Source of the DNA: Eukaryota sp. TZLM1-RC
Taxonomy: Eukaryota; Protista; Metamonada: BaSk clade
Direction: 5' to 3'
Length of the DNA stretch: 64,000 nucleotides
NCBI GenBank assembly: GCA_040285825.1
Contig: JAUPSS010000002.1
Span: 1,550,001 to 1,614,000 of the forward strand
Shown here: piece after piece, positions 44,863 to 56,822 of the stretch
Layout of the letters: each line of letters opens with the position of its first letter
How positions within the stretch are numbered: position 1 is the stretch's first letter
Program-made: the position numbers and the translations under genes
The notes under the pieces: model-generated
Seen by the model: the letters and a program-made list of their open reading frames with translations, nothing else
The model's database searches: none
Told to the model about the DNA's origin: nothing

Positions 44863-45816
44863 TTTGTTTTGTAATAGAGGGAAATTTCACAATTTTTATT
44901 TTCATTTTCAAGGCAGAATCTTAGCCTCATTGATTTAAAGCCGACTCTCGATCTATCGTTGAATAATGTTGTTGTTGATTAATATCAATTTTCACGTTTG
45001 AAATTATCGGAAATGTTGCATTGAAGACAATCGTGGCAGCCACATCATTTTGAACACTTTTGTGCAAAGTAAATATACCGAGTGTCAGTACGCAAAGAGT
45101 TGAAACTATTATTTGAACTCTCTTGAGTACAACACAGATTTAAAATTCGATTATGTTTGAAATTTCGCAATCTGATGCTTTGCACAATGCTTAAAGAATG
45201 GGTTTCAATCACAGCTTATTCAATCAATTAAATTTACATCTATAAAACAAGTTCTAAAGCTGACCGAATTAAGCTCAAAATTGTCATCAATCATTCACTC
45301 AGAACTAGGTATTGGAAGAAATAAATCAAATAATAATTGATTTTATTTTCTTGTTTTGGCTCATCATCAATACTTTTGAGATGAAATTTAAATTTCTTAT
45401 CCAGATTTAAGGTCATTTGTCAAAGAATTGCTTGTACCCAACTTCGTTATAGACGTAACTTTGCATTTTTCTCTTGAATAGAGATGACCAGGACGATTGT
45501 GTTTTCGAACATAATCATCCTGCTGGGAACACTAAAATGAGGAAACAATTTCTCCACTCTATATCTAGTGCTGAACAGTTATGAATATTTGAAAGCAATT
45601 TTATATTATCCAATTATTGTGGACACTGAAAAACAACGTAATTTTCATGTAAACTGAAGAATTGTTGAACTGAAGCTGTGATTTGATGTGTTTTTTAACT
45701 ACAAAATGCTGAATGTGTCAAGTTCATATGAACGTAGTGCTCATAGCATGTGAACAATGCAGACATAATACCAACGTACAAAGTCTAAGTTGACTTTATT
45801 AATAGTACACAAGATA

Positions 45817-46272
45817 TTATTGTAAAGGATTAATTGGGGTGGAGAACTTTGTTGTTTTACCCCAGGCCAACATACTGGAACAATTACTGTGATACACTGA
45901 AGAAGAACATCTGAGCTCAGTCCAGCGAGTTAATGGAGGTTCATTTAATGAAACAGGATTGTTGGAGGAAGAATGTGTAGAGATGTTTTCATCTACAGAC
46001 ATGTGCTTAGGTGGTTGATTGTTATCATGCTGTTGTGTTTGTTGGGCGTTTAATAACAATTGTTTTTCCTCTAAATGTTTTTTCAGAACTGTAGTAGATG
46101 GAGGATTGGGCGAAACGAATGTGGATCTAGTTGTGGAACTAAGAAGAGTTGGAGTACAGTCTACAGGTGTGGTAGAGAACAGGGGGGCCTTTGAGCAACT
46201 TTCCTCATACCAGTTACCTATAAGTGTAGTTACTTCTCCCTTAGTGTTGTAATGCGGAGTCGAATCGTGCAT
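45817..46272 (-). CDS. SPAG8/FAP143-like ciliary microtubule inner protein
   Basis: TLIGNWYEE at the N-terminus; PLTRW...GKTTKFSTPI at the C-terminus. Confidence 0.55.
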   Translation of the reverse strand: MHDSTPHYNTKGEVTTLIGNWYEESCSKAPLFSTTPVDCTPTLLSSTTRSTFVSPNPPSTTVLKKHLEEKQLLLNAQQTQQHDNNQPPKHMSVDENISTHSSSNNPVSLNEPPLTRWTELRCSSSVYHSNCSSMLAWGKTTKFSTPINPLQ

Positions 46273-46388
46273 TTGGAAAAACTCTGTGTTTAGTGGTTAG
46301 CTCCAAAAATGCAAATAAATCTTAATACTTTTTTATTTAATTTTTGTAGTAATTTACTTTTTCAATTAGTAATCTCAATACTAATAAT

Positions 46389-47900
46389 CTAAACATTCTT
46401 TCCCACACTCTCTGATCGTTGCAGTACCACTGGTCTACAATTATCATGAATGTGAGAGCATGTAATCATGTACCTTTTTACAGCACTGTTAACATCCCTA
46501 TCCCAATAGACGCCACATTCACTGTTTTGACAGTGTAGCAGTCCAAAGTATGGTAAGTATGGTACTAGTTTGACATTACCTTTTTTAGATTCCAAACTTG
46601 TTGAAGTTCGTCTAAATTCGTCTACCAGCAGTTGAAGAATCAATAATTAGTTGGTCTCTGTTTTCATTAAATGTTTTTTTGGATTTTTTTGTTTTTTTCT
46701 ATTGTTTTTTATTTTTTCTACAAAAAGAGAAACATAGAAAATATGATAAAGATATTGAAGAGGCTAATGTCGATAGAAATACACAGCTGGTTTTTATTGC
46801 TTTCCCATTTTCGATAAATGGAAGGTTATCAGTTGAAGCAGAAACTTTTTTGAATGACTTCCAAAAAATGGTGCAAGAAAAAACATTGAGAGAATTTGAT
46901 ATATTTTTATGGCGTTCACGGATTCAATTTGCCATTATTAATAGATTACCACGGTTTTTCAATCGAATAAGAGAAGCTTTAGCTAGACAGCAAGCAGATC
47001 AAGATTTTGTAGAGGAAATCTTGGTTCAATGATAGTCGTTCCATTAGTTATGAGTTAATTTAATTAAGTGTGCAAATTCAATAAATAATTTTTTCTACAC
47101 GCATCTTATTTTTTCTGAACTTTTCTAATTTTTTCCTTCTGATTCAGTCATACTGATTCCTTTGGACTCAATATTACTCATCTCAGCAGCATGGGATTGA
47201 ATGATTTGGTTAGGAATTTTTTTGGATTAGGAGCTGCTGATACTTATACCAGTTTGGTATCATATTCGTCAGGATCTATTCCAGCCATGACCTTACCTTT
47301 TAATGAATTCAGCTCGTCTTCACAAAGATCATGAATATATAATTCATCCCTTTCTTTTGGTTGGTTTTTACATTTTTCAAATCAATCCTCTTGTGTTGAA
47401 CTGAAACTCCAAAGCCATCTGTCAGAATGCTGCCGTCAAAAAAGTAACCATGAGTATTTTTGGTCATGGCACTATGCTGCCTGTTGAGTACCCTCTTCCA
47501 AGTTTTGAGATGTTTTTCATCAACATCCATCGGTTTGATCATCACCTTCGTGAGTATCATCAAACTGTGTGATGGGCAGTACAGTGGATTCACGAGACAG
47601 TTTTCTTGATTGATTAATAATGATATGCATACAACCCGCATATACGCTGGAATAAGTGATGTTCTGATAGGAAAAACGTTGTAAAATGAATAAAAGATTG
47701 GGTGTTTCCCCTTCAGCGTTTTGAACCAATTTTTCAGAAATACGACTAATGTCTATTATTGGCATGAAAACGTTTTGAAGATAATTTTCCGATTTACCCG
47801 TATATCATAAAATATACTAGGTAAATTAGACTTTCCTTTCTTTGACTTGAATTTTGGGGTGGTTTTTGCATTCTGTTGCAGTGTAAATCTTCTCATCAAG
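46389..47900 (-). pseudogene. Fanzor1 remnant (CQNSECG lineage) interrupted by a retrotransposon
   Basis: In order on the minus strand: VFPIRTSLIPAYM, FDGSILTDGFGVS, MAGIDP (RuvC-I), VDEFRRTS, GLLHCQNSECGVYWDRDVNSA, RPVVLQR. Confidence 0.85.
46723..47087 (+). mobile_element. RLE retrotransposon subfamily A 3' fragment with 12-bp TSD, inside a Fanzor
   Basis: TSD attttttctaca at 46711-46722 and 47088-47099. Confidence 0.92.
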
Positions 47901-48598
47901 TTTTTGATAACAGATGAACAAAGATTTCATTGATTTGTACCTTGTTGCATAATTGAAGAGTATCAATAATTTCGAAATTATATACATCTTCAATGAATGG
48001 GTTCAAAATATAATTTGATGCTTTGGATAAATATTCTTTTTTTAATAAATCTTTGCCATAAATGATAGAACGACTTTTCAAAGACGGCAAATCAAATGGT
48101 GTGATGTTATTTCCAAGAAAATAGTCTGGTTGATAATTATTCAGGCAATTATCAAAATTATAGATCATTGAAAGCATTGGGAATAAAATGAACAAAGGTA
48201 TCTGAACAAATATCAGACACGGAAGAAAACAGACTATAATCAGTGGAAACCACAAAAATATGTTTCTGTTTGTAAATTGATTGCGAATCAATTCAGTCAA
48301 ATTCCGCAACAACCAAAGCGATAAGTGTGATAGCATTTGTTTTAAGAGAGACGTCGGGTGGCTTTGAGAAAAGCTTTGTCTTTTGATTCCCAATTTCCTA
48401 ATGTGGCCTTTGTTTAGTTAATTTTTGTTCTAAAGAATGAATTTGACTATCAATTTCTGATCTTTTAAAACTTAGAATAAACTTGGCGATAAATTGATTG
48501 TCTTTTGTGACTAATCTTTGTTTTGCGTTGTCTGTTTGATACTTAAACGTGGCCAAAAATCTGAAATATTTCACTTTTGCTTGTATTCAATTTCAGGA

Positions 48599-49546
48599 CA
48601 TTACAGAAACGATTGACTGGAATGTATGAAAAAAATCTTTATAGTAATATATGCAGCTCGGCTGTTTTAAATCAAGATCTTCACTCATTGTTATTGGAAA
48701 AGGGTGTTTGTGAAAGCAAGTCATCAGATTCTTCACTTTTTATAACCATTGTACCACGAAGATTAGGATTGTGTGATACTAATGAAGCATTTGTAACAAA
48801 AATGAGATTATATTTGAATATCCCCATTAATCAATTATTATCAAAAGAAAAATGTATTTGTTCGAATTCACCTGAGCTCACTTTGCGACATGCTCTGAAT
48901 TGCTCTGATTGATAACTTATCGTTCTTCATTACATAATGCTGTTAGAGACACTGTTTTGAATATGGCATAAAATGCAAGAATATCGTGTATCAGAAAGCC
49001 CCTGCTGAAGGAAACACTTTCTCTGAATAATTTTGCTTCTGATGATAGAGGTGATGTATACTGTGATTGGATTGATAATTCTGAAGCTATTGTTGACTTT
49101 GTCTTACGTAATGTTGCAAATGATACTTTGGTTTACAGAAGAAATCTTAATCCTGTGCCTGCTCTTGATTTTAAAGCAAAAGAGAAACATAGAAAATATG
49201 ATAAAGATATTGAAGAGGCTAATGCTGATAGAAATACACAGCTGGTTTTTATTACTTTTCCATTTTCGATAAATGGAAGATTATCAGATGAAGCAGAAAC
49301 TTTTTTGGATGACTGCCAAAAAATGGTGCAAGAAGAAACAATGAAAAGATTTGATATTTTTTTATGGCGTTCACGGATTCAATTTGCAATTATTAATAGA
49401 TTAGCTCGGTTTTTAATCGAATAAGAGAAGCATTAGCTAGACAGCAAGCAGACCAAGATTTTGTAGAGGAAATCTTGGTTCAGTGATAATCGTCCCATTA
49501 GTTATGAGTTAATTAAATTCAGTGTGCAAATTCAATAAATATTAGT
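48599..49546 (+). mobile_element. RLE retrotransposon subfamily A 3' fragment
   Basis: TLQKRL... through to the tail; TSD atttcagga at 48590-48598 and 49547-49555. Confidence 0.9.
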
Positions 49547-49963
49547 ATTTCAGGATAATAGTATATTATTATTTCAGCAACATGGTTTGGGTCGACCGAC
49601 CTGGATTCATTTCATTGATTACGTACCGTTGGGATTACGTACCACATACTACTTGATTAACGTTGAAATCTGGGCCAAATGTCGAATGTGTTGACACCAT
49701 GTGTTCAAAGATGTCTTGAATAGTTGTGTAGGGATACTTGTTTGAATTGTTTCAATGATCAATTACCATTGCAAGAACACCGCATGTTGGATTTCACAAT
49801 TTTCTTGCAAATTCTGCCATAATTTCAATCGTTTTGAATTGATAACATTCGTTCTTCTTGAAATAATGCCTTTGGATCAGAATCTGAAGCATATAACATG
49901 GGTTGCTTAATAGGTCGTTGCGAGGCGGAGGTTTGCCCATTAGCTCGACGTGAAGCCATTACA

Positions 49964-50044
49964 TGTTGCCTTAGGTTGCAAAAGTGGTTGAGATAAAGAT
50001 AATTTATTTTCTATTCATATTATAAAAGCCTTAGGGCGCCAACA
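49964..50044 (-). repeat. 3' LTR, 81 bp
   Basis: tgttgcc...gccaaca, identical to 56823-56903. Confidence 0.95.
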
Positions 50045-50160
50045 CTGCTTCTTCCCTTTTTCAGAGCTAATAGGCTAATATAAATATGAATCTAAACTGT
50101 AAACAATTAACTAAATAACTAAATAACTACAAATAACCTAATCTAAACTGAGAATTAGCA

Positions 50161-50690
50161 TCACTTCCTAATTCTAGTACTGCGTCTAGGCCTCTTGCAA
50201 GGCGCAGAGTTATTGGAGGTACTCTTACGTTGACTAGTAGTACGTTTTCCAATTTTCTTGTTATTCCTACTGAACAACTTGTAAGCTTCTGAATGTTTAA
50301 CTGAATGGAGAGGCTCTTCTGTTGTCTCACCGCCAAACCATTGAACAGTACAGAAACTACCTGAGTCAGAATTATATTCTGAGAGGATTTTCTCTATAAC
50401 ATGTTTCTCAGCATCGCCTGCTGCGACTGCTTTTAGAAATTCGATATCCTGAGGATTATCTGCGTTATAGATTTTGCAATCTTTCTTAGCAGCTTTTAAT
50501 TCACTGCCAGTGATAAGATTCTTTAATAATAAAGTAGAGTTGGAAGGACGGTCTATTACTAAAAAGGGTCCGTTCCAAGATCCATGTAATTTATTATTCT
50601 GTTTGGTTTTACGTAGGACATGGTCACCAATATTAAATACTATAGAGCGCGAATTAGTATTGTCTACTGAAATCGGAGTATTTGTTAATT
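50161..50690 (-). pseudogene. gypsy-2 integrase C-terminus (GPF + chromodomain-like), frameshifted
   Basis: HGSWNGPF; EKHVIEKILSEYNSDSGSFCTVQWFGGETTEEPL. Confidence 0.75.
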
Positions 50691-52937
50691 GATGACGCTC
50701 TGCTTCTTCCCTTTTTTCTTGCAGACGAGTATTTTCATTTTAATATCGTCTAATAAAGGTATATTGGAATCAAATTTTGATAAGTTTCCTAATATGTTTG
50801 CAGGGTCCGATCTTGGACTAATCGAAGATCCGAACATTAGTTCGTAAGGTGTGAAACCTGTCTTTCTGCTTTTAGTGGAATTTATTAATAGTTGGGATAT
50901 GGGTACATAAGTAGACCAATTTCCGTAATCATTAAAATCTATTAATAATTTTCTCAAGCATTGTAGAACGTCTCTATGTTTTCGTTCTACGAGTCCATTA
51001 CTTTCAGAGTAGTGGGGTATTGAGTTACTCATCTCAATAGCTAATCTGTTACACACTATCTTAAAAGTCTCATTGGCGAACTCAGGACCATTATCACTAT
51101 GAATTAACATAGGTATGCCAAAAATTGCGCAAACGTTCCAAATCAAAGCGTCTGCGGTCTCTAAGGCATTGAGTTCCTTCAGAGGGACTAAAATTGAATA
51201 CCCAGTAAAAGAATCTACAAATACTAATAAGTATTTATTACCATCACTATCAGTATTCAGAGGTCCAATTGTGTCGACATTTAATCTAGCAAAAGGACGA
51301 TTTGCCCAAAGGGAACCTGTGGAAGGTGTTTTTATTCTATTAACTGGAGCCGTTTTTTGACAAGTTGGGCATCTTTTGATGTGGTTTATGAGGTCCTTTC
51401 TCATATTAGGCCAGAAAAAATCGCTTTTGGACAGTTTATGTAGACTGTCGTTTTTGCTGGGGTGGCCTGATTGAACCAATTCATGAATTAATAATAGTGC
51501 CTGTTTTCTGAGGCATTTTGGAATTAAAATTTTATTTTCATTGTTTTTCCAAATTTGAGTATTTTCATCTAGAATTGCATTCTCAAATAGAGGGTCATTA
51601 TTATTCTTGGCTATTTGTTGTTCAGATCTTATTTTAGAGAACCAGGAAGAAAAAATAGGTAAGTCCTGGTGTCTACTTAGGGATGAAATTGATGGGATAT
51701 CTTCGAAGTCCGAATCAGAATCATCGTCTATTGGAGGTATCTCGTAATTCGAAAGTAAAGTATCTGGTATATTTATACTACATATAGAAGCAGTTTCCTC
51801 ATTTTGATCTAAATCAATATTCCTCGATAGCATATCTGCCCAATGGTTATCTTCATCTGTTTCATGGACTATATCAAAGTCGAATTCAGATAGTATCGGC
51901 AGCCATCTCTTTACAATTCTATTTTTCTCTGGAGCTGTGGCCAGGAATGCAATGTTTTTGTGATCAGTGAAAATTGTTAGATGTCTAGTCAAAAGGTAGC
52001 TTTCTAAACAACTTTCAGTTAAAATCAGAAGTATTGCGTATAATTCTTTCTGTAAAGTGGACCATTTTCGTTGTGTTTCTGTAAGTAATCTACTATAAAA
52101 CGACAATGGTTTCACTTTTCTTTTATTCAGCGGGGTTCCTGCAGGGGAGTATGAATCAATTTCTTGCCAAATAACGCCTCCAACTGCTACATCTGATGCG
52201 TCGGTACTTATTAGTACGCGCTTGCCCGGAGCTGGTAATTCAAGGGGCATGTGATTAATTATTAAATCTTTTATTTGTTTAAGATAATCGTCATGCTCGA
52301 TGGTCCATTTTATTACTCTAGGTTTTCCTTTAATTAACTCATTAATTGGAGCTATTGACTCGGAAATACCTGGAAGCCATTCTCTTATATAATTGATGGA
52401 TCCTACCAATGAGCGAACTTCTTTCACTGATTTTGGTCTAGGGATTCTCATCAAAGCTTCGATTTTTTTCTTACTAATAAATCTGGTTTTATCCTGGAAG
52501 GTGCTTCCTAAAATATCAATAGGGTGTTTGGATGTTACGAATTTACATTTACGTAAACCTATATTTACACGTCTATTTCTGGCGCATTGGAGGACTCTTT
52601 GTAATCTCTTATAGAATTCATCGAAAGTCGTTCCAACTATTATAATATCAATATATATGAAAACGCCATCAATTTGGAATATTTCCATCATTACATTTTG
52701 AAATACTGCTGGGATGTTCTTTAATCCGAAGCAAGCTCTTTTAAACATAATTGACCTTCCAGGGATTGAGATTGATGTTTTCTCAATGTCCTTCTCAGCT
52801 ACATTCATTTGCCAGAAAGCTTTTGGTAAATCAAGCGTGGCTATGTAATCTGCTCTACTTAAAAACTCTAAAATATCACCAATCCTAGGTAGATTAGGCT
52901 CTACTGAAATCGTGGGCATTGACTCCATCTTTACCAC
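50685..52937 (-). pseudogene. gypsy-2 RT-RNaseH-integrase
   Basis: LDLPKAFWQ; YID-III (one Asp of YxDD missing); TDAS; HHCC; D-D35-E. Confidence 0.92.
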
Positions 52938-55900
52938 TAAAGTCTCCAGTTAGCCTGGGTTTCTTGCCGTCAGGATATATAACTAAGACAATAGGAGAGC
53001 TGAATTTATAATTAGAATCAACTGCGTAGCCCATTTCAATCAGTTCATCAAATATTTTGTTTGCTATTTCCATTTTGCTGGGATTTAATCGTCTAGCAGG
53101 TTTATGTACTATAGCGTTCTCGTCTCTAAAGGGGATTGTTAGAGGTTTACAATCGATTCCTTTTCTGTTTGGAGTTTCACTAAAAACATCGCTGAAAATT
53201 CCTAGTAGACTCGTTAATTTTATTTTATTATTATCATCATCTAATTTTATCTCACAACCAGATCTAGTTAACTGCTCCTCAAAATCGGAAGGACTCGGTG
53301 ATTGGTTATCTAAGGTCCCAATCGAATGTTGAGCGATTCTTGAGTCGAATTCAGATTCCGCATTTAACAAAGTGCGGTGTTCTTTGTCTAATCTAATGAA
53401 AAGACCATCATCCGTTTGAAGCCCAAGTGTTTTTAACATGTCTATTCCTATTAATAATTTGTTCGAACCCGGGATTATGGGAAGAGTATGTCTATAATGT
53501 ACCTGGTGCGCAATGCTTCCTACGTTGAACGACAAAATACCATTTGCACTCCCTAGCGATTTACTTGATACGTTATTGGCTGGTAAGAACTCAATTGTAT
53601 CATCTCTATTAATTGACATGTTGCATTTGTTAGCCAAATCTTCTGTTATAACCGAACAAAACGCTGCCGAATCAATAGTTGCAATCATTTTTATATTATT
53701 TATTAAAATCTCCAATCTTAGAAATGGAGAACGCTGGGATCTGATGTGGTTCCCACTAACCGTAGAATTTATACCAAAAATACTATTGATATCAGAGCTG
53801 GGTTTGTGGAATTGTAGAGGATTTAGTAAGAATTGTTGAGCTGTTGGGGAGTTGTTAACTGGGTTTCCGAAATCGGCAATTGATTGATTATGATTGATTG
53901 CGTTGATTTGTTTCCGATTGGGAAAGTTTCCTGTATTTCTGACCCTGTTGCTGAAACTGTCAATCCGTCTGTGAGAGGTCAAACTAGCTGACACGTTCTC
54001 AGAAGGGGATGATATTGATGATGTATCCTCTTGTGTATTTATGTAATAAATAGGTCTATATTGACCTCTACCTTTATGTCCTCTAAAATGGCCACCTCGG
54101 CCCCTACCTCTAAACCTAGAAACACGTCTACCACGGCCACCTCGGCCTCTAACTGCACTGCCACTTCTCGCAGGCTGATCAGCCTCGCCGATCTTAAACC
54201 TCAATTCTTTTGGTACCTTGCTCCTGGTACAACGAGGGTCTTTGCATTCGAAAACCGTGTGACCGATAGGATTATTTCCTTCGGTGACGTTACAGAATGT
54301 ACAGAACTTAGATCCCTCTCGTTCATGTCTTTCTGGGACATATTTGTTTTGGGGAGTTCCTTTGAATCCGCCTCCCGAGCGACGTTTAGTACCTGGACCA
54401 GATGGGGTTGCTCCTCTAGAGAACGTTCTCATGGTCGAAAGGCCTAATGGGATGTCTTCTTCTCTTTCAGCTTGTTTTTTCAAAAGTTCCATGGTGTGCC
54501 TATTTCCTGTTGTTTGGCACCAAGCTAGAAAGTGTTTCCTGGTGGTCGAAATCAGGTCTAACAAAGTTGTACCTGTTGAAGGGTCCCATAAATCTTCTCT
54601 TGTCCAATGGCTTGCCAGCTCCTTGGTGATGGCAAAATTATCTATACCCAAGAGAAAATATTCTGCAATAAGGGCGGGTGAGAGGGTTATTAAACCGCTG
54701 CTTCCCCTAATTGATGCAGATATGGAGTGATCAACCATATAGGTAGTCATCCTCAGGACGTTTCCAAAATCTTCGACGAACCTACCAAATTCATTGTCCG
54801 CATCCACTTTGTTATGGATGTTTCTCCAATTTATGCATGGTTTCGCTAGGGCGGTGCAAGCCTCGTGATATGAGGTAAATTGTGTCCTCCGTAGCAGAAA
54901 AACCATTAAATCAGCGTCTGAGAAGTCCGGTCTTAGAAGTCCTATCATCATACTTCTGAATAAGTCATAATGATGGATAGGAGGTCCCAAACGTTTCGTC
55001 AGTTCTGGGTCGGTCCTTAAGAGTGGCTGTTTCATGTCCCTGTCTATTTCTTCTCTGATGTGAGATGGGAGTGATGATAACAACTCAGGGGTAATCTGGG
55101 TCTTTCCTTCGCCAAATATTTGGGTTGCTATCAACATAGCACGAGACCAATCAGATTGGCCAGGGGCTTGAAAGCTTCGATTGGCTATCTTGCGCCCGTA
55201 TTTGTCCCATGTTTGGAATTTGAGGAGGAAGGAGACGAGAGACATCTTATTAAGAGGGTCCTTCTCAGATAGGTGAGGGGCTTTATATTCAGCTGACCTA
55301 GGCTGAGAGTCCACATGTCTCTGAAGACTACTTGCTATACTCATATCCAAAATATTTCTAGAAGCTTGGAGGTCTTCCAAACGGAGAGGCTCCTCAGAAG
55401 TAACTCTTCTACGAGGGGGTTGAGGAGGAGGTGTTTCATCTAAACTAGGTCCTCTCAACTCGACTTCGTCTTCTGATGCGCTAGTGAGCATGGGTTGGGA
55501 GGGACTTGATGGTCCCTGAACCACTCTGGTAGGTCTGTTTGCTCGTTCTGTCACATCTACTGTTGGGATGTGATCAGGGAGTACGTCAATGGAACAGACT
55601 TGTACCGGTTGCTCTTTTTCAGATATAATTGGGGCAATTATAGGAAGTTTAGGTCTCTGGTGGAGCTCTGTTGATTGATCACCCGTGACCAAGAACCTGA
55701 ACTTTTTCTTCCTTGTCGTTGATTCCCCGAATTGCTGAATGAAGTTATTTGGGCGGCTCCTAAATGTGGATACGCTCGAGCGTTCCAACTTGCTTGGATT
55801 TGTGCTGTCTGCTTGTTCCGTGTATTCTCTGAAACAAGTAGGAGCCCCATCCTCTACCTCTGAGTAGTTATGGATGATCGTATCAAAGTGCGAGTCCATC

Positions 55901-56739
55901 CATGCCGGTAATTTAGTTTGCAGGATGTCATCGGTATCGGTTCTGCTCCTTCGTTCGATGGCTAAGAACCTGATCCTTCTCCCGAACTGATCTAAGTGAA
56001 TGGCTTCCCAATCAGGCCTATCTTTGATAGGCTTTGCCAGAATCACATGGATCTTTCTATCCATACCGGTTATCCTAGGACGGCGTTCTGCCTCGCGTCC
56101 ATAGGTCTCTCTACTCAAAGTGTCCAACGCGTTAATGAGTTCTCTTCTCTCATTTTGAGGGAATTCGTAGACTCTAATAGGGTCCCCTTTATGGCCCAGA
56201 GTCTGGAATCCCACATTTCTACCAGATTTTGATATTTGCTTCCAAAGGGGAGGGAGCTGCTCGAACAAACAATAATCTGTTGGTTCAAGGTGAGCTTCCG
56301 CGTCCTTCATTATCTGTTGGCGAAGCTCTTTTTCATCGTCGTCCATTTCTTCTAAAACGGACTGGAGTTCTTCGTAGTCCTTTAGGGCAGACGAAGTATC
56401 CGAGCTTAACCCAACATTTTCTTTAGGTGAGGAGGGGGGTGGTCCCGTTCCTGAAACCTTATCTGGTTTGTTGGACATGGAAGAGGCGGGAGGTGGTTCC
56501 GTGCCTGGTTCCATTGTTTTTGATTTGGAAGAGGCGAGAGGTGGTTCCGTGCCTGGTTCCATATCTTTCTCATGAGGAGGGGCGGAGGGTGGTCTCGAGC
56601 CCGAGTCCTCTTCTTTATTTGACTCTTCAGTCCCTGCTGTTGTCGTATATATGCTCAAAGCATCTCTGTCGTACTGTTGCATCTGTCTAATGTAAAAAAT
56701 TTGGCTGGAGTCAGTGTCCTGGCGAGGAGAGACTGACAT
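52894..56739 (-). CDS. gypsy-2 Gag-protease-RT N-terminus polyprotein
   Basis: 1281-aa ORF with CTFC-x10-H-x4-C knuckle, RGG-rich tract, IDSAA protease and SSPIVLV. Confidence 0.88.
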   Translation of the reverse strand: MSVSPRQDTDSSQIFYIRQMQQYDRDALSIYTTTAGTEESNKEEDSGSRPPSAPPHEKDMEPGTEPPLASSKSKTMEPGTEPPPASSMSNKPDKVSGTGPPPSSPKENVGLSSDTSSALKDYEELQSVLEEMDDDEKELRQQIMKDAEAHLEPTDYCLFEQLPPLWKQISKSGRNVGFQTLGHKGDPIRVYEFPQNERRELINALDTLSRETYGREAERRPRITGMDRKIHVILAKPIKDRPDWEAIHLDQFGRRIRFLAIERRSRTDTDDILQTKLPAWMDSHFDTIIHNYSEVEDGAPTCFREYTEQADSTNPSKLERSSVSTFRSRPNNFIQQFGESTTRKKKFRFLVTGDQSTELHQRPKLPIIAPIISEKEQPVQVCSIDVLPDHIPTVDVTERANRPTRVVQGPSSPSQPMLTSASEDEVELRGPSLDETPPPQPPRRRVTSEEPLRLEDLQASRNILDMSIASSLQRHVDSQPRSAEYKAPHLSEKDPLNKMSLVSFLLKFQTWDKYGRKIANRSFQAPGQSDWSRAMLIATQIFGEGKTQITPELLSSLPSHIREEIDRDMKQPLLRTDPELTKRLGPPIHHYDLFRSMMIGLLRPDFSDADLMVFLLRRTQFTSYHEACTALAKPCINWRNIHNKVDADNEFGRFVEDFGNVLRMTTYMVDHSISASIRGSSGLITLSPALIAEYFLLGIDNFAITKELASHWTREDLWDPSTGTTLLDLISTTRKHFLAWCQTTGNRHTMELLKKQAEREEDIPLGLSTMRTFSRGATPSGPGTKRRSGGGFKGTPQNKYVPERHEREGSKFCTFCNVTEGNNPIGHTVFECKDPRCTRSKVPKELRFKIGEADQPARSGSAVRGRGGRGRRVSRFRGRGRGGHFRGHKGRGQYRPIYYINTQEDTSSISSPSENVSASLTSHRRIDSFSNRVRNTGNFPNRKQINAINHNQSIADFGNPVNNSPTAQQFLLNPLQFHKPSSDINSIFGINSTVSGNHIRSQRSPFLRLEILINNIKMIATIDSAAFCSVITEDLANKCNMSINRDDTIEFLPANNVSSKSLGSANGILSFNVGSIAHQVHYRHTLPIIPGSNKLLIGIDMLKTLGLQTDDGLFIRLDKEHRTLLNAESEFDSRIAQHSIGTLDNQSPSPSDFEEQLTRSGCEIKLDDDNNKIKLTSLLGIFSDVFSETPNRKGIDCKPLTIPFRDENAIVHKPARRLNPSKMEIANKIFDELIEMGYAVDSNYKFSSPIVLVIYPDGKKPRLTGDFSGKDGVNAHDFSRA

Positions 56740-56822
56740 GATATCCGCTGAAGATATCCTCTGTTTGATAGCTGTGAGTTGTGTGAACGGTATACCTATA
56801 ACCTAATACGGCCAATAATTAT

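Noticed and set aside
47896-48560. Possible Fanzor N-terminal extension or cargo
   Set aside because: No Fanzor motif could be recognised with confidence.
49640-49700. U2 snRNA-like atcaagtagtat on the minus strand
   Set aside because: It lacks the GUGUAGUA context, stem I and an Sm site.
49820-49960. Short minus-strand ORF MASRRANGQ... starting 4 nt from the 3' LTR
   Set aside because: About 44 codons with no recognisable homology; it could be a decayed gene but cannot be supported.
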